Of a stretch of 64,000 nucleotides of DNA, positions 41,927 to 50,802 are shown piece after piece. The translations under genes were made by a program, and so were the position numbers. The notes beneath the pieces are model-generated. The model saw nothing but the letters and a program-made list of their open reading frames with translations, had not been told where the DNA came from and made no database searches. The DNA comes from Candidatus Binatia bacterium (lineage in GTDB: Bacteria; Desulfobacterota; Binatia; UBA9968; CAXXLF01), in NCBI GenBank assembly GCA_963664015.2, contig CAXXLF010000002.1, positions 1,792,001-1,856,000 of the forward strand, written 5' to 3'. Every line of letters starts with the position of its first letter. Position 1 is the first letter of the stretch.

Positions 41927-42208
41927 TTAATATGTAATTTCGGTAATTTTTCGAGCCCAAAAAAAAAGGAAATTCTGGTCCGTGGTGGGATCATTAGCCG
42001 CTAACAGTTCAACGAGGGGCTGAACGGTTATAAGAAAAACGGTTCGAGCCTGTTTCAGGAGTTCGTTCGTCTCGGCTACACGAGCGAGGACCAGGTCACC
42101 GATCTTCTCGCCGATCAATTTGTTATCGAGAGGGTCGATGTCGAAGAAATCGATATCCACATTTCAGTTTTCAGCCTTGTCCCGCCCCAGTTCATCCAAA
42201 ATTGCCAT
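41927..42208 (-). pseudogene. Unidentified gene fragment
   Basis: MAILDELGRDKAEN*NVDIDFFDIDPL... with in-frame TGA; no recognisable family. Confidence 0.3.
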
Positions 42209-42336
42209 TATTATCCGAAGTACTTGGTTTCATTATGTTTTCTTAAAATTCTAATTGCTACACCAAACCCGTATTTTCACTGCCCAGATCACTTGTAGAA
42301 TATCTAACGAGAATTGTCAGTCCATCGTGATTCACG

Positions 42337-42507
42337 TTACCCGACGACTCTTTTGCAAGCGTCCTCGCTGACTTCAATATATTTCTGCGTCTGCTGAAGA
42401 GATGAATGCCGAGCAAGCGATTGCATGTCCCGAAGCGATGCACCGACGCTGCTGATTTTTCTGCTCCAGGGCGTGATTGCTGTTCGTCTCCCCGAATAAG
42501 AAGAGTG
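42337..42507 (-). pseudogene. Tyrosine recombinase/integrase C-terminal remnant
   Basis: Manual translation: HSSYSGRRTAITPWSRKISSVGASLRDMQSLARHSSLQQTQKYIEVSEDACKRVVG*, matching box II (HxxR...H...Y) with the first H changed to Y; no start codon. Confidence 0.8.
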
Positions 42508-42567
42508 TTTTAATTTAGTTTATGGTACAATCACAAAAGTTATAGTTCGATAAGGAGGTTTATTTAA

Positions 42568-43089
42568 ATGATTCTTTTCCTACGAAATATTTTTCTGACA
42601 TTTTCCCTTATCGGGCTATTAACAAGTTGCTCTTCTTTCAGCTCTCGGCTGCAAGCCGATACAAAATTATTAATTGAATACGCATTATACGATTTTCCGT
42701 TCCCTCCAACTGCCTATATCATAGAAAAAGAAACGGTGATTTTAGGATCAGGTGAACGGTGGTCTGGAAAAGTGCGGTACCTTGATCAAAAAAGTCCTCC
42801 AGAGATTCTGAAGTATTATGACCAAGTCGTCACTGCTGCTGGCTGGGAAATGAAAGCATCTACTGTATCTGAACGTATTTTTCTCGTATTTCATAAAGAT
42901 TCTCGCGTTGCAACAGTAGAAATAAATCGAATGTCGTTTCTCGAAGGCATAAAACTCATTTCTCCGCGAACAACATCGGTAACCATATCTGTCAATTATG
43001 CAGATTCTATAGGAAAGATGAGATCATCCCAACCGTCGACCCTGAATAGATCTAAAAATTCCAGAAAGCCAAATACAAATAGGCAATAA
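42568..43089 (+). CDS. Hypothetical lipoprotein (AT-rich)
   Basis: TAAGGAGG RBS, signal peptide with LLTSC lipobox; visibly lower GC than flanks. Confidence 0.75.
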   Translation: MILFLRNIFLTFSLIGLLTSCSSFSSRLQADTKLLIEYALYDFPFPPTAYIIEKETVILGSGERWSGKVRYLDQKSPPEILKYYDQVVTAAGWEMKASTVSERIFLVFHKDSRVATVEINRMSFLEGIKLISPRTTSVTISVNYADSIGKMRSSQPSTLNRSKNSRKPNTNRQ

Positions 43090-43104
43090 CGCCGTCGCAA
43101 CCGA

Positions 43105-43247
43105 TCCACCAGTTCTATTTGGCCCCTGGTTTTTCTTCCTTAATAAAAGTGTGGACCAATCGGGGGATGGCGCCGCAGCTAGAGCACCTGGGGGATTCGG
43201 GCTTGGTCCCGTCCGGATTCCTCATGAACCGTAAATAAAAGGGCTTT
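43105..43247. repeat. 143-bp direct repeat, copy 1 (3' part of zinc-finger gene)
   Basis: Matches 49315-49457 with 4 mismatches. Confidence 0.95.
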
Positions 43248-43524
43248 ATGGATAAGGCGCAGTTCCGAGGAATATCCCTTCCAGATGAGGTCAAACTCAT
43301 GGAGAAGATCACGCCAGGGGGGGGAGGCCTTTTTCAGCAAGAAAATATCCCTTGATGACGAGCTGGCCACCCATGAAAAATGCCTACTTTTAGGGGCACT
43401 CAAGAAGACAAACGGGGTTCAGAATAAGGCTGCCGAACTTTTCGGCATTAATTACTGCTCCTTTCGGTACAGGCTTGCAAAATATGGGCTTTTGAGCTTA
43501 AAAAGCCACGGTCTGACCGAATAA
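43248..43524 (+). pseudogene. C-terminal Fis-type HTH remnant of a sigma54 response regulator (PilR-like)
   Basis: SLDDELATHEKCLLLGALKKTNGVQNKAAELFGINYCSFRYRLAKYGL; directly upstream of pilin; receiver and AAA+ domains absent. Confidence 0.75.
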
Positions 43525-43713
43525 GAAGGCTCGGCCTGATAACATGTCCTGTCACATTAGGCGTACACCTAATTTGTCACCGTCATATTGATATGCCGCA
43601 TTTTGTCGGTTACAAATTATTGCACCACTTTATGTTATGGGGCAAGTGACTGATTTCGTTGGTTATACGGGATTCCCCCAGTTCAAAATATTTGTACCTC
43701 CCACAAAATGGCA

Positions 43714-43729
43714 TGGCCCAAAATTTGCG
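43714..43729 (+). promoter_or_regulatory. Sigma54 (-24/-12) promoter of pilin
   Basis: TGGCCCAAAATTTGCG = GG-N10-GC; several TGTC motifs upstream at 43544-43610. Confidence 0.65.
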
Positions 43730-43857
43730 ATAACCCAAAGCACGCCCCAAAGGGCGCCTACATCAAGCGGAGAGTAGGAGGTGAGCATTCTATAGCGTTC
43801 CGTTTAGGGCCAAGAGAGGTAAAAATTGAACAAAAACCAAAAAAAGGAGAAATAGTC

Positions 43858-44247
43858 ATGGATAAACTAGGAAAGATGCAATCAGAGGGTGGATTTTCCC
43901 TCATCGAGGTACTGGTCGTTATCGCGATTATCGTTATTCTGGCGGCTATCGCTATCCCGGAAATTGCGGCTCATAGGAGAAGGGGCTATGACGCTGACGT
44001 CAAGTCTAACCTGGAGAACGCCGCTAAAGCTGAAGAGGCCTATTTTGTTAATAACGATACCTATACGAGTACGATCACCCCTGCCGCTTTGCCAGGGTAC
44101 CACCAGAGTTCCAATGTCACCATGTCAGGGGCCTCGTCTGCCACGACGTTTATCATTACAGGTGCCGTTACTACAGGTTGCAGTAGTGGAGGTAACTGGA
44201 GTATCAGTAGCGCAACGGGAATAATTGCCGGCACACCGTGCGATTAA
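43858..44247 (+). CDS. pilA: Type IV major pilin
   Basis: GG|FSLIEVLVVIAII class III signal, E5, P22, C-terminal Cys pair; AAGGAG RBS. Confidence 0.9.
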   Translation: MDKLGKMQSEGGFSLIEVLVVIAIIVILAAIAIPEIAAHRRRGYDADVKSNLENAAKAEEAYFVNNDTYTSTITPAALPGYHQSSNVTMSGASSATTFIITGAVTTGCSSGGNWSISSATGIIAGTPCD

Positions 44248-44291
44248 TCTACCCTGATTGACAATTGGGTTTCATCTTCAAACCCAACAGG

Positions 44292-44311
44292 GGGAGGGCT
44301 TTCGCCCTCCC
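44292..44311 (+). terminator. Hairpin terminator after pilin
   Basis: GGGAGGGC-TTTC-GCCCTCCC followed by pyrimidine tract. Confidence 0.6.
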
Positions 44312-44381
44312 GCCTCTTCTTTCATTGACCTAGCAAATTTCCGGGAACACTTCCCCACATTCTACTTTTCACCACTGCTCC

Positions 44382-46757
44382 ATGAACGGCAAAAATCCTA
44401 TTGCCAGACCAGACTACTTAGCTTTTCTGCTTCTTCTCGCCTCGGTCATCTGGTTTGACCGCGAAATGATAAGCACGAACCTAGTCCCATTTTTTCGTGA
44501 CTTGGGCCCAATGTTTTACCCTATGCGGTTCAGCCTGGCGGAGAGTTTCAAGGCAGGTGAGCTTCCTCTCTGGGATCGGCATATGGGAATGGGCTTTCCC
44601 TTACTGGCAAATTTTCAATCGGGGGTCTTTTATCCGCCTAACCTTATATATCTCATCTTACCTTTCTTCACGGCCGTAAGATCCCTTTTTTTATTGCACT
44701 ACCTCATTGCTGCCACTGGGTGCTACCTGCTTATTCGCCAGTGGAAATACCCTCCCTATCTCGCCATTTTAGGTTCCCTCCTCTTCACTCTAGGCGGGAC
44801 TGTTGTTTCCCTGAGCAACCTGTTGAATCACTTTCAAACAGCCGTATGGCTCCCCTGGGTAATTTACATGGGGGAACGAGCTATTCGCACCGCCTCCTGG
44901 AAGAGTTTCGTTGGACTTACCGTTGCATTGCTGGTGCAATTCCTTGCAGGATCGCCCGAACTCTACGCTATGAGCATGGGGCTACTTTTAGTAGATGGGC
45001 TGACGATCAAGGCGGTGGAAGGAAATCTTCCTCACCAGAAAACACTCTTAATTCTCGTAGCAGCCAATGTCCTGACCGTGGGTCTGGCCATGGTTCAGAT
45101 TCTACCTACAGTTGAACTTTTTCAGGAGTCGCGGGGAAGTGTTTCTGTTCCTTACTCCATTGCCTCATTATGGTCTCTTCGTCCCATGAGTTTATTCAAT
45201 ATCTTTTTCCCTTATGGGGAAGTCGACCCAAGCCTTGTCAGTGGGACGCGCTTGTTCTTTAGCTCCGATATCCCCTTTCTCGTTTCTCACTACATGGGGG
45301 CCATTTCCCTCTTTGGCCTCTATCTTTCGTTTTATTATTGCTCGGTCAAGGAGAAAAGCCTTCTTTTCGGAATCCTTGGATTATCAATAATCTTGGCGCT
45401 GGGCGATCATACCCCAGTTTATCCCTTCCTGTATCGTTTGGTTCCCTTTTTTAGCGTGTTTCGGTATCCGGAGAAATTTTTCTTTTTGACGCACGCTGTT
45501 CTCGTTTTCGTGACCCTGCGAGGGCTAAATGGATTGCTCAGAGAAGATCATCCTCCCCCCAGAGGTTCCATGTTCGTGACCTGCTCGCTCTTTCTCCTAT
45601 TACCCCTGCTGTATCTATTCATCAATCTAGAGACGTCGTTTTTCACCCGTTTGATTGTATCGGCCACTCAGTCCTCACTGGCTTTTCCAGCTGGGGGTAA
45701 GAGCGCATCCGGTTTCCTCTTTTATCTAGAGAGACAAATGTTTCTCGTAATGGGGATTCTGCTCCTGCTCGTTCTATGGAAAAAAGGGAAACTCCGGAGT
45801 GTCTTGTTCCAGCCCCTCATCGTCGCTCTGGTGTTCCTCGATCTTAGCTCAGCCAACCGGTCGTACCGATATCTTTTGGACCCTAGTTTCGTTTTCCACG
45901 GCGAGAAGACCATCTCCTCCCGGGACCCTGAACCTCACCGTATCTTTTTTTATCCCGGCACTTCCAGCCTTCATCCATCTGAGTATGTTACCTATGAAGG
46001 GCAGTCCTTTGCCGAGCTCAATTTTCTCAGTTACAAAAAACTCGTGCCATACACCGATATCTTTCATGGATTCGATTATATGCAAGTGTTGGATCCCCTT
46101 AGGACTTGGCCCTATGTCGTTTTCTTGTACGTAGCCGACCAACTCCCCCCTGCCGCTCTGTTCCGTTTACTGGGTACGTTGAATGTGAAGTACGTCATCG
46201 GCCCCAATTCATTACCTCCAGGCAATATTTCTCTTGTCCGTCACATTCCCGAATTTCCGGCATGGCTCTACAGAATAAACGATGAGGTTCCAAGAGCCTA
46301 TGTAGTAACCAAGGCGACTGCAGAAACAGACGCGGTAACAGTTTTGAAGCGGTTGTCGAGCCCGGATTTTGAACCGCTACGAGAGGTCATCCTTGAGCGG
46401 TCTTTTCTGATCCCGACCCATGGGGACTCCCGCTCTCAACCCGAGATCGTTCACTACTCAAATCAATCTGTGACCCTCAAGGCCTCTCTCAATGGTGCGG
46501 GGTTTCTGGTGCTGGCGAATTTCTTTTATCCAGGTTGGCGAGTCTATGTGGATGGGATGGAAAAGGAAGTTCTTCGAGCGAACCTTTTCTTTCGAGCTGT
46601 TTCCCTTCCAACGGGCGAACACTTGGTGGAGTTTCGCTATCAGCCTCTTTCGTTCACCATCGGCTTAGCCATATCCCTGATAACCTTTGTTGGGACCCTG
46701 CTTGGGTTTCTTTTCTATCATTATCGTTATTCGAGATCGTCCGGAGAAATAAGATAA
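44382..46757 (+). CDS. YfhO family multi-pass membrane protein (GT-C-like)
   Basis: RDL..MFYP, LPLWD...GMGFPLLAN.Q..FYP, FRYPEKF, YPGWRV.VDG, RAN..FRAV, G.H.VEFRY.P. Confidence 0.88.
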   Translation: MNGKNPIARPDYLAFLLLLASVIWFDREMISTNLVPFFRDLGPMFYPMRFSLAESFKAGELPLWDRHMGMGFPLLANFQSGVFYPPNLIYLILPFFTAVRSLFLLHYLIAATGCYLLIRQWKYPPYLAILGSLLFTLGGTVVSLSNLLNHFQTAVWLPWVIYMGERAIRTASWKSFVGLTVALLVQFLAGSPELYAMSMGLLLVDGLTIKAVEGNLPHQKTLLILVAANVLTVGLAMVQILPTVELFQESRGSVSVPYSIASLWSLRPMSLFNIFFPYGEVDPSLVSGTRLFFSSDIPFLVSHYMGAISLFGLYLSFYYCSVKEKSLLFGILGLSIILALGDHTPVYPFLYRLVPFFSVFRYPEKFFFLTHAVLVFVTLRGLNGLLREDHPPPRGSMFVTCSLFLLLPLLYLFINLETSFFTRLIVSATQSSLAFPAGGKSASGFLFYLERQMFLVMGILLLLVLWKKGKLRSVLFQPLIVALVFLDLSSANRSYRYLLDPSFVFHGEKTISSRDPEPHRIFFYPGTSSLHPSEYVTYEGQSFAELNFLSYKKLVPYTDIFHGFDYMQVLDPLRTWPYVVFLYVADQLPPAALFRLLGTLNVKYVIGPNSLPPGNISLVRHIPEFPAWLYRINDEVPRAYVVTKATAETDAVTVLKRLSSPDFEPLREVILERSFLIPTHGDSRSQPEIVHYSNQSVTLKASLNGAGFLVLANFFYPGWRVYVDGMEKEVLRANLFFRAVSLPTGEHLVEFRYQPLSFTIGLAISLITFVGTLLGFLFYHYRYSRSSGEIR

Positions 46758-47130
46758 ATGTGTGGTATCTACGGATAGACTTCTCTTAAACAACCGGTGG
46801 AAGAAAACGTCCTAGCCCGTATGGGCGAGGCTCTGGAACATCACGGTTCCGACAACCACGGTCAAAAGAGTTTTCGGTCGGGAGACCTATCGGTGGGTTT
46901 AGGCCACGAAAGACTCAGCATTATCGACCTCTCCCCGGCAGCCAGTCAGCCCATGACCAACGAAGATGATAGTATCTGGCTTGTTTTTAATGGTGAAATC
47001 TACAACTTCAAGGAGCTTAGGACAGAATTGGAGCAGAGAGGCCACCGATTTAAATCCAGCTCAGATTCAGAAGTCATTATTCATCTCTACGAAGAAAGAG
47101 GACCCCAATGGACCGAATATCTGAGAGGGT
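46758..47130 (+). pseudogene. asnB: Asparagine synthase (glutamine-hydrolysing) N-terminal fragment
   Basis: MCGIYG* (TAG 46776) then GHERLSIIDLS...QPM, FNGEIYNF, SDSEVI; truncated after YLRG. Confidence 0.85.
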
Positions 47131-48160
47131 TTCGCGACACGATGGGGCATTTTCAGATTGGCCATCCGGCATTTCTAATGGGCCAGTATTCGGTAACAGG
47201 ATGGTGGTATTATTTCCCTATGGCGGTTCTACTAAAAATTCTCATCCCTTTGTTAGTCTCTGAATTGATGGCTCTTTTCTTTTATAGCTTTGCCAAAAAA
47301 ACAAGCGGGGTATTTTCTCTTACTGCCTGTGGGTGTGATAATGGCGTCCGCTCTGCTGAGGCACATTAATGTAGGGATCAAGCACGTTCTACCCATATTG
47401 TCCATTGCTAATTGTGATGGCCAGCAGTATTACAACAATCCGAAATAGTCGCCCACGTGTCTTTGCTTCCAGTTTCGCTGGGTTGGGACTCTGGTGCGTT
47501 GTCTCAACCGTCTCTATCTTCCCAAGCTATCTGGCTTATTTTAACGAGTTTATTGGGCCGGAAAAGGGGTATCGGTATCTCGTGGATTTCAACCTGGATG
47601 GGGGGCAGGACCTCAAGAGGCTCAAGCAATTTATAGATGAAAAAGAGCTGGATCAGATCTATCTGCACTACTTTGGCACCGCCGAGCCCTGTTACTATGG
47701 AATTCACTCGATTGACTTACCTGGCTCGTTCAACCATTGTGGACGGTCCAATGATAAACTCGCGAGATTCCTCGCCATCAGCGCGACCCATCTTCAATCG
47801 GTCTATCTCCCCAATAAGGCATCCTACGATTGGATATTGAAGCAGGAACCCGTCACGCGGATCGGTTACTCGATTTTTGTCTACGACATCAAAGAAAATG
47901 TCCATAACAACTTTGGGATTCTCTACCTAAAAGAGGGTCAGACTAAACGGGCCCTGGAAGAGTTTAAGCGGGTCCTCGAACTCCTGCCAGGGGAGGCGAC
48001 AGCATATGTCAACGTTGGCTTTGCCCATGCCCGCCTGGCGGCCTTTTAGGAGGCGGAGCAAGCCTATGAGAGGGCATTGCCACTGGACCCACAAAACAAG
48101 ATTGCACAGGCCGGGCTAGAAGGGGTCAAGCGCCTAAGAAAATCCACCCAGGCGCTCTGA
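47131..48160 (+). pseudogene. GT39/PMT-like membrane glycosyltransferase with C-terminal TPR, fragmented
   Basis: GWWYYFP, YLAYFNE, DFNLDGGQDL, IGYSIFVY, TPR; frameshifts and in-frame TAG at 48047. Confidence 0.75.
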
Positions 48161-48193
48161 ACCGGGGAAACTCTGATCCCCTACTATTGCTAA

Positions 48194-49253
48194 GTGAAAT
48201 CTATCTTTAAACCTGTACTCGGGATATTCGTTGCCTCATCGCTCCTCTATTGTTTTTCTTCTCCTGGAGTGGACAATGATCTTTGGGGCCATCTCTTTTT
48301 TGGGCGTGAGATCGTTTAAAGAGGGACCCTCCCCTTAATCAACCTTTATTCGCACACGACTCCCGATCATCCTTGGGTGAACCACGAATGGTTAGCGGCG
48401 GTTATCTTTCATGGAGTTTATTCTACCCTAGGGTCCCCCGGTCTGATTCTGCTCAAGGTTCTCATCGGCAGTAGCATTGTTTGCATGCTGAATGGAATCA
48501 TCGTAAAGCGGGACCCCTTCAATTTGGGGCCGAGCCTTCACGCTGGTATGGGTCATGGCGCTTCTCTCTCCCGGGTTTCACATCCGCCCGCAAATTTTCA
48601 CTTATTTCCTATTCACCGTTTTTCTCTACGTTTTTCATCGGTGCAAAGAAAAAGGACCCGGTGCGCGTGTTTTGTGGATCTCCGGTGCCCTTTGTCTTCT
48701 CGCTTTGGTGGTCAATCCCTATGGATTGGAGCTGTTGCGCTTCTTATGGCGAGACCTTCGTATTGACCGTCCTATCACCGAGTGGGATCCAGTCCCGCGC
48801 TGGAACCTATCGTTCCTCGAAATCCAGATAGCCTTTCTGGTTGTTCTTTCCTCGATCAGAAAAATCTCCTGGATCAAATGGGATTTTGTCTTAACCCTGT
48901 TCACCGTATTTCTGGCCTTTCGTCATCAGCGTCGCACGCCGCTTTTTGCCCTTGCAGCGGCGCCTTTCCTGGCTCAGGGGTTGGAGACGATCATTCGAGC
49001 CGTCGGGACGGTTCTCGCAAAAGGGAAACAAACCAAACTGTCACTTCCAGCACAGGGGGTCTTCGTTGCGGGTATCCTGGTTGTCGCCACTGTGCAGCTG
49101 GTGTGGTTGGGCAGGATTCACTGGACGAATCGTTTTCAGCTCACCGTAAGTCCGTCCGAATACCCGTTACAGGCGGCCGACTTTTTAAAGCGCAACCGAA
49201 TTATCGGAAATATTGTCGTTCCCCAGGTCCCATCGATCTACTTCTCGGGGTAG
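48194..49253 (+). pseudogene. Fragmented multi-pass membrane protein (GT-C-like)
   Basis: DNDLWGHL..GR, TAA at 48317, WVNHEWL, RPQIFT, NPYG, ITEW; several frames; truncated 3' end. Confidence 0.75.
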
Positions 49254-49314
49254 GCGAGGCGGTGGGGCGAGCTGGAGCATCAGGGACCAGGCCTGAGGCA
49301 GTTGATTCTTCAGT

Positions 49315-49457
49315 TCCACCAGTTCTATTTGGCCCCTGGTTTTTCTTCCTTGATAAAAGTGTGGACCAATCGGGGGATGGCGCCGCAGCTAGAGCATCTG
49401 GGGGATTCGGGTTTGGTCCCGTCCGGATTCCTCATGAACCGCAAATAAAAGGGCTTT
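49315..49457. repeat. 143-bp direct repeat, copy 2
   Basis: Matches 43105-43247 (offset 6210). Confidence 0.95.
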
Positions 49458-49528
49458 TCGGTTCCCACATACTCATCGTAGTAAAAGGCAAGTTTGCCGC
49501 ACTCACTGCACTGAAGGTATCGCGCCAT
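49325..49528 (-). CDS. Small CxxC...CxxC zinc-finger protein (67 aa)
   Basis: MARYLQCSECGK...RCSSCG; AGGAG RBS; only synonymous differences with the duplicated copy. Confidence 0.75.
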   Translation of the reverse strand: MARYLQCSECGKLAFYYDEYVGTEKPFYLRFMRNPDGTKPESPRCSSCGAIPRLVHTFIKEEKPGAK

Positions 49529-49541
49529 CTGATTGGTTCTC

Positions 49542-50651
49542 CTAGTGTTTGATTTCCAATGTACTCGTGACGGTTTGGTGCCCACCGTTTTCCCTGTAGG
49601 GCTCCTCACGGTACAAGCCCAGGGCTTTCATTACGGGGATATCCTGGATGGAAAAAAGGATGGTATCTGCGCCACTATCGTTGGCGTGTTCATGCCAGGC
49701 CCAGGGAGGAATAACGAAAAAGTCGCCCGGCTCCCAGTTTAGGCGCTGGCCGTTGATAATAGTGCTACCGCTCCCTTCAAATACGTGATAGACGGTGCTG
49801 TTTACCTGCCGATGGGTCTTGGTGTGGACTCCGGCTCGAATGAGTTGAATCGTACAGCCCATAGTCGGAAAGACAGGTCCCCCGGTGTTAGGGTTCAAAT
49901 ACTCGAAACAGATATCGTCGTAAGGGCTTGCAGGGCCCTCCCCAATCCGCTTCAAGGCTTCATAGGTAGGCTCCCATTTGTAGTTGAGCAGGGGAGAGTC
50001 GTCTGTTTCCTGGTTCTCCCAGGTGGGGCGTAGATAAGGTCCGCAAAATTTCGTTTCCGAGTCATTGACTGTTGTAACGGGAAACCGGTGCTCTGGATAG
50101 GGCTCGAAGAAAACAGCGTCCAGATCTCCGACCAGAGGAAGGTCCAGACCGTCCATCCAAATGGTTGGCTGGTCCGACTCGCATCCGTGATCATGCCACG
50201 TCCAGTTGGGGGTCAAAACCAGGTCCCCCCGGCTCATCATACATTTATCACCGTTGACGTTGGTATAAGTGCGCTCCCCTTCGATGATAAACCGAATCGC
50301 CGAGGGTGTATGGCGGTGACATGGGGCAATCTCTCCGGGTTGTACGATCTGGACGGCGGCCCATAGAGTCTGGGTCGCAGCGCATTTACCCCCAAGACCT
50401 GGATTGACCAGCGCCAGAACCCTCCTCTCCCCACCGCGCTCGATGGGAACCAGGTCTGCAGCACGATAAGCCAAATCGCGCAACTCGGATCCTTTCCAAA
50501 GATGGGGTTGAACCTTGGTTTGGGGTTCGGGAGGGAGGAGGCGGCCGGTGACATTCCACAGCGCCACCAGGTGCTTTCTGTCGAGCTCCTTGTAAAACTC
50601 CTCACTCTTTTTATCAACGTGTGTGTTGCCAGGTACTTTTCGCTTAGCCAT
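49542..50651 (-). CDS. Gentisate 1,2-dioxygenase family bicupin
   Basis: GERRVLAL.NPG, HRHT..AIRF, WHDHG, WMDGLD.P, EYLNP.TG, WHEH; GGAGG RBS. Confidence 0.92.
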   Translation of the reverse strand: MAKRKVPGNTHVDKKSEEFYKELDRKHLVALWNVTGRLLPPEPQTKVQPHLWKGSELRDLAYRAADLVPIERGGERRVLALVNPGLGGKCAATQTLWAAVQIVQPGEIAPCHRHTPSAIRFIIEGERTYTNVNGDKCMMSRGDLVLTPNWTWHDHGCESDQPTIWMDGLDLPLVGDLDAVFFEPYPEHRFPVTTVNDSETKFCGPYLRPTWENQETDDSPLLNYKWEPTYEALKRIGEGPASPYDDICFEYLNPNTGGPVFPTMGCTIQLIRAGVHTKTHRQVNSTVYHVFEGSGSTIINGQRLNWEPGDFFVIPPWAWHEHANDSGADTILFSIQDIPVMKALGLYREEPYRENGGHQTVTSTLEIKH

Positions 50652-50802
50652 TGGTTGCCTCCATTGGGCAAAATAGCAGAATTGAAATTTCCACGCTAGG
50701 GGACAAGACCTGCCCCGTTCCCACGGATGCTGGCAGTCGTTACCGTGAGGACCAAACGCGGCCCCCATGGGTGAGGTGACCACTGTGCCGTCGGTCCGGC
50801 AG

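Noticed and set aside
43115-43312. 65-aa ORF as a second zinc-finger gene
   Set aside because: Chimera of the repeat copy and the antisense of the regulator remnant; lacks the first CxxC.
46758-48320. Stop-codon reassignment suggested by in-frame TAG/TAA
   Set aside because: The same genes also carry frameshifts and deletions, different stop types are involved, and TAG/TAA/TGA end intact genes normally.
43105-49457. Repeat pair as DGR template/variable repeats
   Set aside because: Mismatches are not confined to adenines of one copy, all are synonymous, and no reverse transcriptase is present.
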